Part shown: piece by piece, positions 29,745-40,318 of the stretch
Position numbering within the stretch: position 1 is the first letter of the stretch
Layout of the letters: each line of letters opens with the position of its first letter
Virus record (IMG/VR): IMGVR_UViG_3300033153_007973
Location: 1-64,000 of that record
Direction: 5' to 3' (one strand)
Length of the DNA: 64,000 nt
Notes under the pieces: model-generated
Database searches by the model: none
Told to the model about the DNA's origin: nothing
What the model saw: the letters and a program-made list of their open reading frames with translations, nothing else
Position numbers and translations under genes: made by a program

Positions 29745-30243
29745 ATTCCATATTCTTTATTTTAAGGGCACTACTAACGCCTTTGCCCTTCTTAATCTTC
29801 TCTCTGAATGAGAACAGGGTCTTAATGTTAATATGAGAGTCTCTGAATGGATACTTGATTTGTTTACGATTGCATTCTCTATGGAATTGCTTACGATCAT
29901 AATCGCCCCAGGATGCCCAGACTGTATCTTTGAGCTTTGGCACAAGACGAATTAACTCATCTAGTGCTTCTTTCAAGGGTATTCCGCCTTCTGTAAGCTC
30001 TTCTTCAGTGTGTCCTGTGAGCTCTGTGCAGAACTCACTGATATCCATGACACTAGGTTTTACGAGTATGCTGCCGCTGGCAGATGTTCTCCAGTCTGGA
30101 TGTTGAATGATTGCCCATCCGATTTCGATGATCTCCATTTCTTTCTCGATCTTAGTTTGGAGTCCATCTTTAGCATCTGTATTTTTCCAACACGTTGCCT
30201 CTAAATCTATAATAAGTAGCTTGTTAAGTTCCGTCCTGGTCAT
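29674..30243 (-). CDS. DEDDh 3'-5' exonuclease (ERI-1/KapD-like)
   Basis: IIDLEATCW, EIIEIG, FCTELTG, WASWGDYD, HNGGDDARN. Confidence 0.9.
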   Translation of the reverse strand: MTRTELNKLLIIDLEATCWKNTDAKDGLQTKIEKEMEIIEIGWAIIQHPDWRTSASGSILVKPSVMDISEFCTELTGHTEEELTEGGIPLKEALDELIRLVPKLKDTVWASWGDYDRKQFHRECNRKQIKYPFRDSHINIKTLFSFREKIKKGKGVSSALKIKNMEFEGRPHNGGDDARNIARLARTIL

Positions 30244-30983
30244 TTGCTGCTTCCTCTTGTACTGGATTGAATATTTCATCTTGAGTGGGTTGTTTTGGTA
30301 ACTCTGCTTCACCGCGGCAGACTTTGATCATATGTCGCTTCTCAGCTTCGAGTATGTTTTCATCGATTTCAAAGAACTTGGCTAGTATTTTTGGAATGTT
30401 GTGATATCTATCTCCTGTTCTTAGATAGTCTTTCTCGTATGCCCATTCCATGAATTCCCCTATCTTCTGGGAATACTTTGCTACTTTATCTAGTTTGTCG
30501 TGTTCTGGATATCCGCTCATGTTTTTCTCCATGGATCGAATAGTTCACTCATAGTTGGCTTCGCTGGTTCTATAACTTTCTGTTTTCTAAGAGTAATCTC
30601 GAGTGTTGCTCTTGCTTCTTCCTTTTTAATGTAGTTCATAAATGAGTTCATGAATCTATTATCTACTATGAGTGTTTTCTCATCCATAGCTTGTCGAATA
30701 TCTTGTATCTCTGTAACTCTTCGTTCTAGTTCGTCTAATGTATCCATCATTTTATGAGTGCTAGCCATATTTCCTCCTAGACAATAGTACCCTTATCTTC
30801 CTTCGCTTCCTTAACAGCTTTATCGAATTCTTCTCTTCTCAGTGGATCTGGATCGAATAAATCATTCATTGATGGTTTGGGTACTGGTTTGAATACTATA
30901 GTAAACTTTGCGTATCCTGATGGGCTACCACCTCTGTCTATTCTGACGTAGCCAGGAGTATTAGTATTATATTCAGTGTTCAT
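30224..30983 (-). CDS. Three small hypothetical proteins (30224-30532, 30517-30768, 30777-30983), each with the [DE][LI]F[DN]P tag
   Basis: PTQDEIFNP, PTMSELFDP, PSMNDLFDP. Confidence 0.65.
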
Positions 30984-30984
30984 T

Positions 30985-31026
30985 TGCCGGGGTGGGAGTC
31001 GAACCCACCTGGTGATCCAATCCGGC
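30985..31026 (-). ncRNA. tRNA minihelix-like element (acceptor + T arm only)
   Basis: GCCGG-ATTGGATCACCAG-GTGGG-TTCGACT-CCCAC-CCCGGC-A. Confidence 0.55.
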
Positions 31027-31037
31027 GACCTATTACT

Positions 31038-32246
31038 TTATTTCTTTGATGCTTTGCTTTTCACGCCAGCATCTCTCATCATTTTCTTGGAGAGATCATA
31101 CATGGCGTTGTAACCCATGGCAGCCAAGGGATTCTCGGCGCCACCACTTTTACCACTGTTGCCGCTCATTACGACACCAGGGAAGCGAGTCTTCGAAAGG
31201 TTCTTCGAGACTGCATCAGCAATCTTGAGATCAAATTCTGCCCTTTCTCTTGGTGTAAGTCCGGCAGCTACCAAAGCTCGGTTAGCTGCGGCCTTGGCTG
31301 CACCCTCGGCTCTGACCTTCTTGGCTGTTTCCAGAGCTCTTTTAGCTGCATACTGCTCGACTTCGAATGCTTTCTGGGCTTCGGTAACTGCAGCGACTCT
31401 GATAACGTCCTTCTCGGCTTTGGCCTTGGCGATTTTGGCTTTACCCATTTCCAGGGCAGTAATTGTATCCTGCTTTGCGCGGATGGCTGCTTGTTTCGCT
31501 AGCTCTGTAGCCATAGCTTCATCCTTGCGTTTGGCGATCATTTTCTCGACTTGCTCGTCAAACTGTGGTACGTCAATTACACATTGGTTGATGACGCAAC
31601 CAATTTTGGCGAGTTGGTTCGGGAGACGCTTAGGATTTCCGGCTTTGTCTCTTACAATAACAGTAACCTTCTGCATCTCTTTGGCGCCGACTGATTTCTC
31701 AATATATCGGGTGTCGGACTTGGTGACGTAAATGCCGTTCTGAAGCTGATCTTCAACTGCCTGTTGGAACAGTGCCAGTGTGGTGTATGCGTCCTGTGCA
31801 CTTCTTAGGTTCGCGGACAGCTTGACAGCATTCTGGACGATGGGAACCACACCGGATACGATAAAGTGATCGAATCCCGCGGCATAGTCGTTCTTCAGTT
31901 GGAGTGCTCCCTCAACCGTTTTCGGTAACTGGATTCTGACCAGGCCAGAGATCTGGGCTTTAGAGCCGTCATTGAAGATAACTGGAATAGCACTGATGTC
32001 GGCGGTTCCTTCACCCTTTGATTTTCCGAACCCGACCGTAGCCACGTTCTTGTAGGTAAAGATCTCGCCGAACATTTGTGCATACCAGCCTGGCCTAAGC
32101 CTGACTGACATGGAGCCTGTTCCGGCTGCTTGCTTGACCTGAAAGTATCCTGCTCTGTTTACCTCAAAGAGGGATCCTGCACACAGAAGGAGGACGAAGC
32201 CAGCGATACAGACGCCAATGACAATCTTCATCTTTTGGGTCATCAT
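31038..32246 (-). CDS. SPFH / band-7 domain membrane protein
   Basis: N-terminal TM, PGWY, IPVIFNDG, Ala/Lys-rich coiled-coil C-terminus. Confidence 0.8.
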   Translation of the reverse strand: MMTQKMKIVIGVCIAGFVLLLCAGSLFEVNRAGYFQVKQAAGTGSMSVRLRPGWYAQMFGEIFTYKNVATVGFGKSKGEGTADISAIPVIFNDGSKAQISGLVRIQLPKTVEGALQLKNDYAAGFDHFIVSGVVPIVQNAVKLSANLRSAQDAYTTLALFQQAVEDQLQNGIYVTKSDTRYIEKSVGAKEMQKVTVIVRDKAGNPKRLPNQLAKIGCVINQCVIDVPQFDEQVEKMIAKRKDEAMATELAKQAAIRAKQDTITALEMGKAKIAKAKAEKDVIRVAAVTEAQKAFEVEQYAAKRALETAKKVRAEGAAKAAANRALVAAGLTPRERAEFDLKIADAVSKNLSKTRFPGVVMSGNSGKSGGAENPLAAMGYNAMYDLSKKMMRDAGVKSKASKK

Positions 32247-32494
32247 TATCTATTCTCCTCTATTATTTTATGATCTTGTCGACATCGTCGACATCTTTCT
32301 TGGCTTGTTTTACGTCGACTTTACGAGCACGCTTAGCCAGTTTCGCATTCTCATCGACACCCTCGATTTTTTCGTCGAGTTGGTTCCCCCTTTCCTCTTT
32401 GTCGGCTGTTTTCCAGGCTTTCCTGGCACGTTTATAAATGAAGTAACCACCGATGAGTAGTATGATGAGTGTGACTATTATCTGCAAGAACATG

Positions 32495-32887
32495 TCATTC
32501 CCCTTTCATCTTTAATAAGCTGATAAGGTGTATACATTGCACCTTTGTAAGCGATCCTATATGTAGTTCAGCGAGGCCCATAGCTTTACCCACAGTGGAA
32601 TATGCTTCCTTACGAGATATTGCGGCACGGTGTCCTTTCCAGAGCTTGTCAAATTCTGTGTGTGCAGTGATTCTTGCTTGGCGGGTTTCCTTATCGGCGG
32701 GCACGCCCATTGGTTCCCCGGTTCCTTGATGAGCGCTGTGTTTGCAATCGCATTTTGGCCACGTAGAACAGCTGTAGAATAAGCCATACTTGCTGTTCTT
32801 TAGGACCATCTTGCTTTGGCATGATGGACATGTAACGTCATGCTCTTTGACCCCAGTGTCACTGAGCTTTCCAATCTTCTTTGGCAT
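32495..32887 (-). CDS. Zn-ribbon protein (topoisomerase C4 ribbon + DUF3268-like)
   Basis: CPSC..MVLKNSKYGLFYSCSTWPKC, AHTEFDKLW, LHIG. Confidence 0.7.
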   Translation of the reverse strand: MPKKIGKLSDTGVKEHDVTCPSCQSKMVLKNSKYGLFYSCSTWPKCDCKHSAHQGTGEPMGVPADKETRQARITAHTEFDKLWKGHRAAISRKEAYSTVGKAMGLAELHIGSLTKVQCIHLISLLKMKGE

Positions 32888-32901
32888 TTCCCCTCCTAGG
32901 A

Positions 32902-33237
32902 TTAATCGATGATCATGCCTATTACGAGGCCAGTGCACATACCATTGGAATGTCCTTCTGACTCGCCTTCTTCTTGGGAGATCTCCTGAATCTTCTTGAG
33001 TTCTCCACCGTCGAGCCATATTCCCTTACATTTTGGGCATTTATCAATAATGATTGTCTCAATGAGTTTCTTCTTCATTTTGGTGTTGCAGATCATACAT
33101 GTACGAGTTCCTTCGCGTTCTATCTTGATTTTGAGTTCACATTTTTCGCATACGTACAAATCCTCGAATTTATTGTGTGTACGTGTTCCACACCTATAAC
33201 ACTTTTTTCCTAGAAAGAAGTCTGCTACTTTTCCCAT
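32902..33237 (-). CDS. Small Zn-finger protein (zf-TFIIB-like)
   Basis: CMIC..M...IDKCPKCKGIWLDGGEL. Confidence 0.7.
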   Translation of the reverse strand: MGKVADFFLGKKCYRCGTRTHNKFEDLYVCEKCELKIKIEREGTRTCMICNTKMKKKLIETIIIDKCPKCKGIWLDGGELKKIQEISQEEGESEGHSNGMCTGLVIGMIID

Positions 33238-33267
33238 GATAATTCCTCCTTTTTGATCGTATCCATT

Positions 33268-33341
33268 CGTTCCTGGCGGGAGTCGAACCCACAATCTATG
33301 GAGTAGAAATCCATTGCCCTAATCCATTAGGCCACAGGAAC
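33268..33341 (-). tRNA. tRNA-Arg(TCT)
   Basis: GTTCCTG/CAGGAAC; ATGGA-TTTCTAC-TCCAT; TTCGACT. Confidence 0.92.
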
Positions 33342-33355
33342 TAATGTTTTATCCA

Positions 33356-34408
33356 TTATTTTCCATGAACGATATCATTGAACTTTTCGTTTGCGTCATA
33401 TCCCCATTCTCGACCGATTTTACACTCTTCTTCTTCATCAACCTTGAAGATATCAGCTGTGCACGTGGGTCCTTTAGGGATGAAACTTCCGGTACCGATA
33501 CCATCAAACGCATCTTTGACATGCATAAAGGCTTCTGTCTTCACGGCGTCAAATCCTGAGGATACAAAGATCTTAACGCCTTTTCCACCTGCTGCATCGA
33601 GTTCACTGCGTAAACGAGCAACGGCATTCATAGTAACACCTTTCTCTAGGGCATTTGAGGAACTGTCAATCTGAGCATAGTTCTCACCACAAGTGTCGGT
33701 GCGTACTCCATAAAGCTTGTCTCCACAGTGTTTAAGGAGTGATAAAGTATCATCAATCTCCTTATTATTATAATCGATCAGGGCAATAAACTTGTCATCT
33801 GGGAGAGCTTTCATGTATGCATCTGCCATCTTGATATAATCTCCGCGGAAGATAGCAATCAAAGCATGAGGTGTGGTTCCTATTCCTTTACCAGAAGGTA
33901 GGTCAATTTGATTGATAATGTTACGTATATCATCGGCACGGTTACTGAGATAATTCTGTGCTTCTGCTCCTGTATCAGTACTGACTCCTCTGATTCCGCC
34001 AACGTATCCACCATATGATGCTAGTGCAACAGATTCTGCACCATAGAGATGACGTGCAGAGAAATCAAGAACTGGTTTCCCATCTGCTGCGTTCACAATT
34101 GCTTTGGCATGATATGCACAGTAACAAGGTAGAGCGCACCATTGAAGGTAAAGAGTCTCGAGCTCTACGATGTTCTGGAAGAATCCTTTTACAATCATCA
34201 TAGTATCACCAGATTTAAACTCAGTTCCAGTGGGAAGGATATCGATATCTGACATGGGTGCTAGTGTTCTGATCAGTGCCGCTGCAGGTTCGAGTGCAGC
34301 AATACCATTAGAGCGACCAAATATACGATATGATACTCGTGGATTCATCCTGGTTTCCTCAGCAACAATTCGGGATTTGCTGAAGTACTTATCTGTGAAT
34401 GGATTCAT
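33356..34408 (-). CDS. pncB: Nicotinate phosphoribosyltransferase-like (short type II PRTase)
   Basis: TDKYF, ELET, DFSARH, GTTPHALI, LIDY, GVRTDT, IFVSSGF, GIGTGS, TADI. Confidence 0.82.
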   Translation of the reverse strand: MNPFTDKYFSKSRIVAEETRMNPRVSYRIFGRSNGIAALEPAAALIRTLAPMSDIDILPTGTEFKSGDTMMIVKGFFQNIVELETLYLQWCALPCYCAYHAKAIVNAADGKPVLDFSARHLYGAESVALASYGGYVGGIRGVSTDTGAEAQNYLSNRADDIRNIINQIDLPSGKGIGTTPHALIAIFRGDYIKMADAYMKALPDDKFIALIDYNNKEIDDTLSLLKHCGDKLYGVRTDTCGENYAQIDSSSNALEKGVTMNAVARLRSELDAAGGKGVKIFVSSGFDAVKTEAFMHVKDAFDGIGTGSFIPKGPTCTADIFKVDEEEECKIGREWGYDANEKFNDIVHGK

Positions 34409-34962
34409 TTGCTGGACCCATTTTGCACAGTTATACCGTATAGGGTCAACATACGTTGAAGAGCAGCTTCCCCTGCTTCTGGTATCAGATCATCTACGAG
34501 ATCTTTGTGAACAATGATTTTCGGGAGCTTCTTATCTTGGTTCTTCATCTCATTGATGATCGAGGTAACGACATCATGGACACAAATGCTTGTGCATACA
34601 CCAGTTATATGGATTTCGGGATTTTCCTTACCCTCACACCAGTCTATGATGTTATTAACAATGCAAGCAGATGTATATCCCTTCTTGACAAAGCGAATAA
34701 TGGCTTTGTTCTCCGGAATAGCATCTTCAATAGGTTCAACGATCTTCGTACCTTCTGTCTCTTCGATACAGTGTTCTGGGAACAGCTTGAATTCAGGATC
34801 ACCTTTGCTGTGTCTGTCCATGGTGAGCATAATATCACCATCAAATGCTTTGACGAAATTGGCTACACGACCTTGAAGTTCTTTCGTGTCGTGACCAATA
34901 TACAACTTACCATCCTTATTTAGAAAGTCATTCTGCATATCTACTACGATTAGTAATTTCAT
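34405..34962 (-). CDS. pncA: Nicotinamidase / pyrazinamidase
   Basis: VVDMQNDF...G.L, MDRH, FPEHC...TEG, K, GVCTSICV. Confidence 0.88.
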   Translation of the reverse strand: MKLLIVVDMQNDFLNKDGKLYIGHDTKELQGRVANFVKAFDGDIMLTMDRHSKGDPEFKLFPEHCIEETEGTKIVEPIEDAIPENKAIIRFVKKGYTSACIVNNIIDWCEGKENPEIHITGVCTSICVHDVVTSIINEMKNQDKKLPKIIVHKDLVDDLIPEAGEAALQRMLTLYGITVQNGSSK

Positions 34963-35064
34963 CTTGTTCTCCCTTTTAGTTTATTTATTTATTTACTGCA
35001 GTAAGAATAATTAGTATTGCACAAATTAATATAATGCCGCCCATCTTTCCTCCCAAATAAGTCA

Positions 35065-35091
35065 AAAAACACCCCCATTATGGGGGTGTTC
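35065..35091 (-). terminator. Rho-independent terminator
   Basis: AACACCCCCAT/ATGGGGGTGTT hairpin followed by a T run. Confidence 0.75.
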
Positions 35092-35113
35092 TAGTATCCC
35101 TTTGCCTATTTTT

Positions 35114-35281
35114 CTACATGATCTCTGCGATTTTCTCAATCGCTGTTGCTTGATCATGAAGCATGTTCGCGGCAGCCATCAAATGAGACTGGACTGTCAT
35201 GTGTTTAGGTTTTCTGGATTGAACTTGTCTGTTCTTGGCTCCGGGCGGACGACCGCGCTTTCTCTTCTTTTTCTTTGCCAT
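35114..35281 (-). CDS. 55-aa basic AT-hook protein (below the ORF-track cutoff)
   Basis: MAKKKKRKRGRPPGAKNRQ...; AAGGAGG SD; terminator downstream. Confidence 0.75.
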   Translation of the reverse strand: MAKKKKRKRGRPPGAKNRQVQSRKPKHMTVQSHLMAAANMLHDQATAIEKIAEIM

Positions 35282-35402
35282 AATATTCCTCCTTCCCAGT
35301 ATTGTCCATCTTATTGGATAATACTGTTAATAGATTCATATATTGCTGATTATCGTAATCTCTATTCTTTCTGTTCCTTCTCTGCTTGTTCCTTGGCCTT
35401 TT

Positions 35403-37755
35403 TCATCCCAACTCCTCCAGTAATGCCTTGACTTGCGCTCGGTCGCGTTCCACGCACTCTACCGTAAGCACGTTACCTGTTCCAGAGCAATCTATCCACC
35501 GCCCTGCCAGCTTCGCCACGTCCCTCAGTAGGTCACGATACTTCCCGTTGCTAACTCGAAGAGATCCAACTTTGCTCAGCTTTTGGACCCCCCGTAGTCT
35601 CGTAACAAGGTCGGGGTCGCGCAACACCACCTTCATAGCGTTCTTCATCCCCTCCTTGCGGGTCAGATTATTCACTGCGTCTCGCCCCGATGGGTCGCAC
35701 CTCGAACACTCATACGGGTTCGGTGGGTCGCACCTGTCATGCCCGTTGTCTGCTGGTCCTCCACAGGTAGGACATTTACTCAGGTCGGGTTGTTCGTATC
35801 TCATCGTGGCCTCCACAGCCTCAATCGCCTTCCCTATGTTGCTGGCAGCGATAGGCATGTTGTCAGTCTCTTCCAGCTTATCCGCATACCCACGGGCAAC
35901 CCACACCGCCAGATTAAGTAACGCTCTCTCTGTTTCCTGGGTCATTTGTTGTCGCCTCCTGATATGTGGGTCACTGTTATGGTTCCTTGCCTTCTTTAGC
36001 TTGATTGCCAGCATGCTCAATTCTGTTCTGCGTTCTGTGTATTCCGAAACACTTACCTTCGTGTTCATGGCTCGTTCAGTCAAACGCTCCACCAAATCCA
36101 GTAACGCTCTCTCTGTTTCCTTGGTCATTTCCCCTCCCTTACAATCACTTCGACCTTGTATGCCTTGGGGTTGTCCAGCGAGAGTTCCTTTCTTTGTCTC
36201 TTGCTTTGTATCGTGCGTATCCTTATCGCATCCATGAGGTGATCTAGGATGAGCGTTTCCGTACTCTCATCGTCATTCAGATCATATACCGTTACCATGC
36301 GTCTCTTCATCCCTTCCCCTTCCTCATCTTATCGGCTTCGGCCAGCAACGCTCTGTCTGCCTCGCACTCCTCCTTACTCGCACAATCCCGGCACCAATAA
36401 TCACTCTCCCTACACTCTTCGGCCTTGATCCTCTCCCGCATCCTCCCCACCAGATCCAGCGCGGCTTTCAGCTTGTCCTCTACGTCTTCCGTCGCCTTCC
36501 CCTGATGCAAACTAAGCTTGGTCCATAGGCTCTCCTCGTGGCATTCACCGCATACTGCATTAGCCGTTCCGCAGTTTCCGCACGATTTCAGCTCATCCAT
36601 CACCCTCTCCCTTCGTGTACTGGTCGGCCTCCCGATACCAATCGAACTGGTTGAAGTATTCCTGTAGCCCCTTGTCCTTGGCTACGCACTCCAGCACTCC
36701 GGTCACAAACTTCCTCCCCTTCGCCCGTTCCTCTTTTATCGCCTGCTCATATTCGTTCGCCAGTCTGTGCGCGTCGATGTAGGCCACCGTCTGTTCCGTC
36801 CGTTGCGGAAGAATCTTCCTCATCTCCCTCGCTCGTTCTATCGTTTTCATTTCTTGCCTCGCTTCTCTCGTTCGGACATCATGGCATCGGCGTATCTGTA
36901 TGCCGATTTGGAAAACTCCTCACAGGTGCCGCCCAGATTATGGCCTGCCAGTATTCCCGTCAAGGCCGCAGCCGCGAATTGGTCCCTCCGCTGTTGCTCA
37001 ACGTCACTATACAACCTCTTCAACATTCCGTAGTTCGGGTCCAGTTCAGACAGCTCCGCTTCCAACTCTTTGATCCTCTCGTCTTTGGTCATTTGGTATT
37101 ACCTCCCTTTGGGTCGCGCTTCGCACGTTCCAACGTCCTCACCAGTTTTGCCACAAGGTAACCCGTCATAGGTTCAACGGCTTTCCAAACGTAGTTGACA
37201 GCATGGACAATCTTCCACTTCACCCTTCCCCCTCCTGCTTCTGGGTCGAGGGCTTCACCGGAACCCACGAGCCGTGTATTGCATTCATTGCTCTTATAAC
37301 CCTATTGAGCCGCCTGTTCAGCTTGCTTGTTTTGTGGCTGACCGCAAGGGCAAGCACAAGAAACGCAATTATAATAATTGCCATCAGCATCTTCATGTCT
37401 TATCCTCCTGCTCTTTGATGATGGTGTCAATTCTCTTTTTCGCCTCGCACAAACCGTTCCTTGACCCGACATAGTACCTCTTTTTATCCTGGTCTGTCTG
37501 AGACATCGGCTCTCCTCCGTAGATTTCTGCTGTTATATTCTCGTCACTCACCCTATCCCCCAGCTCCTTGCTCAACTCCTTTATGCGGGTTAATAGGTCG
37601 GGTTGGGTCGCCTTCGGCAAAACCTCCACGTGTTCTTTGGGGATGACGAAATCTTCAGCCATACCATACTTGTCTTCTCTGATAACATGATATTCCTTAC
37701 CGCTTTTGACAAACATCGGGTATTCTCGTCTATCCCGTTTATCGAGAATCTTCAT
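35403..37755 (-). other. Block of overlapping small hypothetical genes with a different compositional look
   Basis: ORFs 35403-36128, 36125-36310, 36307-36603, 36593-36850, 36847-37092, 37393-37755; G-rich SDs; RDQFAAAALTGIL motif typical of temperate-phage accessory genes. Confidence 0.55.
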
Positions 37756-38126
37756 GATTTTCCTCGCTTCTTCATTCTATTTCCCCTTTTCTAGTCGCCT
37801 AATATCCGCATTTGAGATCCCGTACTTTCTTCGTATGATTGCATCAGCAATTAGTCCTGCCATGCGATCTATAGTACTATCCATATACTTTTCCGTCTTT
37901 ACTTCTTGTTTAATTGTAGCAAGTGTTTTGATTCTTGGAAGCAGTCTCTTCTTGTTCCAGACCTGATAGCCAAATTCCCATAGGTCATAATTATTCTTTT
38001 TGATGCAGGATTTACATTCGCCTCTTCTTCCGTCCTTCCAAGACTTGCTTATATAGAATTCACATAATAGCTTTAATTTACCACAGTACATGCATTTCTT
38101 TTTATGCTTTTTCTTCATGTGTGATG

Positions 38127-38441
38127 TTACTCTATATACATTCGGTGCATTAGGCCAGAGAACATACCTACTACATATACCATAGTAAGCCAGTGAAGGA
38201 TTCTTTGATATATAGTGAGTCCTTCAATTGGGTCAATTAAGAATACAATTGCGGCGGTTACCCAATGTCCTAGACAATATGGGCAGCTGAATAGATTATA
38301 TATCAAACTGTCATCACCATAAGTATCTGCTAAGAATTGTCTTGGTTCTCTAAAGATTCTGGTTTTAGTGATTGTGATACATACTGTTGTTGCCGCTAAG
38401 GATGCGACAACAAAATTGAGTATACTTGCTAGTGTAAGCAT
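38127..38441 (-). CDS. Small membrane protein (DUF1360-like)
   Basis: IFREPR, LFSCPYCLGHW, several TM segments. Confidence 0.65.
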   Translation of the reverse strand: MLTLASILNFVVASLAATTVCITITKTRIFREPRQFLADTYGDDSLIYNLFSCPYCLGHWVTAAIVFLIDPIEGLTIYQRILHWLTMVYVVGMFSGLMHRMYIE

Positions 38442-38459
38442 TAATGTTTCTCCGTTTTG

Positions 38460-39299
38460 TTATGGATTGTTAAAGTGTCTATAATGTTCGTCATTAAGAT
38501 TATCGAATGGTTCTTTATCTACGTAAACTCTGTCTTTCATTCGTGCGAGATCAGGACTACCGATGCCGCCTCTCTGCATATTCATTAGGGATGCACCAAG
38601 GTCAGTTACCTCAGCAAGTACTATCCTTCTAGTAACTGCTGATAATGACGATATATACATGTCTATAAATAAGTGTTGGTCTGGTGCGTACTTAGTATGT
38701 GCATGTATAAGATATCCATCTCCGAATGCTGATCTGGATTCTGGGAAGTCTAATGTACTGGTATGCCAGTTTGGAGCATTTTGTCCAGATAATAGTGGTG
38801 CATTTAATAAATCTAGGTTTCGTCCATCTATAGCATACATGGTACCTTCTGTTTCTACTAGCACTGCGTTTGTATCTGGAGTGATCCATTGAATATGAAG
38901 CTTACCGTTTCTTTCTGGATCGCTGTATCTATTGTTATGTACGAATCTGTAGCCTACATTGGTGATATTAGCTGGACCAATAATATCTCTCTTGTTATAT
39001 ACGATTTTCTTGGCAAGGGTAAGGCATCGTTCGCTTACTTGTGTACTATGTATTGGATGGATGCTTCCATCGGGTTCTATCCTATAGTATTGTTTTGGAC
39101 CAGGAATATCATCACATATTGGCGATGGGCAAAACTCCTTTGGGATTTCCAGTACTACTTCGTAGTCTGTTAAGAATGCATAACCGTCATCATGAACTTC
39201 TATTATGCCCATTTCCCAGTCCTGCAGGAGTTGCCCTCCTGCTGGGCCAGAATGTCTTTCTGTCTGCATACGCTTTAGAAGCTGTTGAGCCAATGTCAT
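38460..39299 (-). CDS. Hypothetical protein
   Basis: 279-aa ORF. Confidence 0.6.
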   Translation of the reverse strand: MTLAQQLLKRMQTERHSGPAGGQLLQDWEMGIIEVHDDGYAFLTDYEVVLEIPKEFCPSPICDDIPGPKQYYRIEPDGSIHPIHSTQVSERCLTLAKKIVYNKRDIIGPANITNVGYRFVHNNRYSDPERNGKLHIQWITPDTNAVLVETEGTMYAIDGRNLDLLNAPLLSGQNAPNWHTSTLDFPESRSAFGDGYLIHAHTKYAPDQHLFIDMYISSLSAVTRRIVLAEVTDLGASLMNMQRGGIGSPDLARMKDRVYVDKEPFDNLNDEHYRHFNNP

Positions 39300-39305
39300 C
39301 GGTTA

Positions 39306-39923
39306 TTATCCAATAGGTCGTCGCTTCAACATTCGTTGAAGCCTAATGACTGGTATTGTTCGGCTGAGAATGGCGTCTTTGATTCCATCTCGTGCTCGTT
39401 TTATTAGAGCATTCATCTTCTTAGCTCCGTCTTTAGATATTGCTACATTAACAACTTCAATAATAGCTTGTTCGTCATCTTCACCATATCTATCATATGT
39501 CCATTTTAGTCCATTATTGGATGCAATAAATCTCTTTTCCTTATCTGGTGAGTTAATTATTGCGCCTTCATTGAGTGCGTTTTCGAATAGAATAGTCATC
39601 ATCTTGGATATGCCATGAGTTGCTGCTACAGCAGAGAGACATGCAGATTTTACTCTTCCTTGGCAGCATCTGCAAAGAGCTAGTGAGAAATTGTCCATGG
39701 CAAATGTGGTGAACTCAATATTTCGTCGGCTTACGCCACGTCTAAGCATTTCTCGCTCGGCGATTTCTATCCAGGCTTTATCTCGTATCTTTCTTTTATC
39801 GAAGCTGCTGGTAATGAACTTTAGATATCCAGTAGGAATCTCTGATATATACTTTCCTTTGTATTTTCCAAACGAGATTTGTGTAGCTGGTCCATTATCG
39901 CTTGGGGGCTTTTCCTCTGGCAT
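39306..39923 (-). CDS. Protein with a DUF3820-like FGKYKG domain
   Basis: ISFGKYKGKYISEIPTGYLKF. Confidence 0.65.
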   Translation of the reverse strand: MPEEKPPSDNGPATQISFGKYKGKYISEIPTGYLKFITSSFDKRKIRDKAWIEIAEREMLRRGVSRRNIEFTTFAMDNFSLALCRCCQGRVKSACLSAVAATHGISKMMTILFENALNEGAIINSPDKEKRFIASNNGLKWTYDRYGEDDEQAIIEVVNVAISKDGAKKMNALIKRARDGIKDAILSRTIPVIRLQRMLKRRPIG

Positions 39924-40318
39924 GACTGGATCATCTTTTCTTGGCACGTTTCCTCTCCGATCCTGCCCAGGTCTCAAGTGCAGATTTGAGCATTTTGTAT
40001 ATCTCTTGCTCAGACTTGAGGCTGATGTCATCTACTTTGGTAGTCGACTGTTTCTTAGTTCTTCCTTCTCTCGTAATTAATGTTAGCTTAATCATCTGGG
40101 TTTATCCGTATTCTGAAGGTACGATGTGGCAAATGCTACTCCTAGGGAGACCCAGACAACTTTCATACTAAAGAATGGGATCGGACCACCGATGAATCCC
40201 TTCAGTAAGAACCATGCACCTAAATAGATGAATACGATCGTTAATATGATTTTGGCGATCATAGCAACCAGTGCTGCTTTTGTTGATGCTTCCATTGTTT
40301 CCTCCAGTAATAAAGACC

